From: the human T2T-CHM13v2.0 reference genome, Homo sapiens
Reading direction: 5' to 3' (one strand)
Assembly: GCF_009914755.1 (NCBI RefSeq)
Contig: NC_060929.1
DNA: 64,000 bases
In this document: positions 63,874 through 64,000 of the stretch, one piece after another
Numbering within the stretch: the stretch's first letter is position 1
Layout of the letters: every line of letters starts with the position of its first letter
Notes under the pieces: generated by a model
Told to the model about the DNA's origin: nothing
What the model saw: only the letters and a program-made list of their open reading frames with translations
Databases searched by the model: none
Position numbers and translations under genes: made by a program

Positions 63874-64000
63874 GGCCGGGTGGGGTGGCTCACGCCTGTA
63901 ATCCCGGCACTTTGGGAGGTCGAGGTGGGCAGATCACAAGGCAAGGAGATCAAGACCATTCTGGCTAGTACAGTGAAACCCGTCTCTAGTAAAAATAAAA
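63874..64000 (+). mobile_element. AluY/Sc-like left arm, cut by the window end
   Basis: ggccggg...gagatcaagaccattctggcta. Confidence 0.93.

Overview
This is primate (very likely human) genomic DNA: AT-rich, CpG-poor and repeat-dense. The only protein-coding host sequence I can support is the first coding exon of the type II classical cadherin CDH18 on the minus strand. The exon spans 63139-62656 and the CDS 62883-62656, encoding the signal peptide, propeptide, RPKR furin site and GWVWNQ mature N-terminus. Positions 1-62655 are one long intron, filled with Alus, L1s, L2/MIR, MaLR/ERVL/ERV1/ERVK LTRs, DNA transposons and microsatellites. The L1 content includes an ~18 kb nested stack at 43.2-61.3 kb. 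I see no evidence for a new biological system, and almost all ORFs in the track are repeat-derived or random. The most notable points are seven uORFs in the 256-nt 5'UTR part of the exon, four 5'-inverted (twin-primed) L1s, long L1 inverted repeats, a sense-oriented MER11 solo LTR, a three-armed Alu inside one TSD, and a 39-bp palindrome. Subfamily calls come from remembered consensus motifs, not from a RepeatMasker run, and boundaries of old repeats are approximate.
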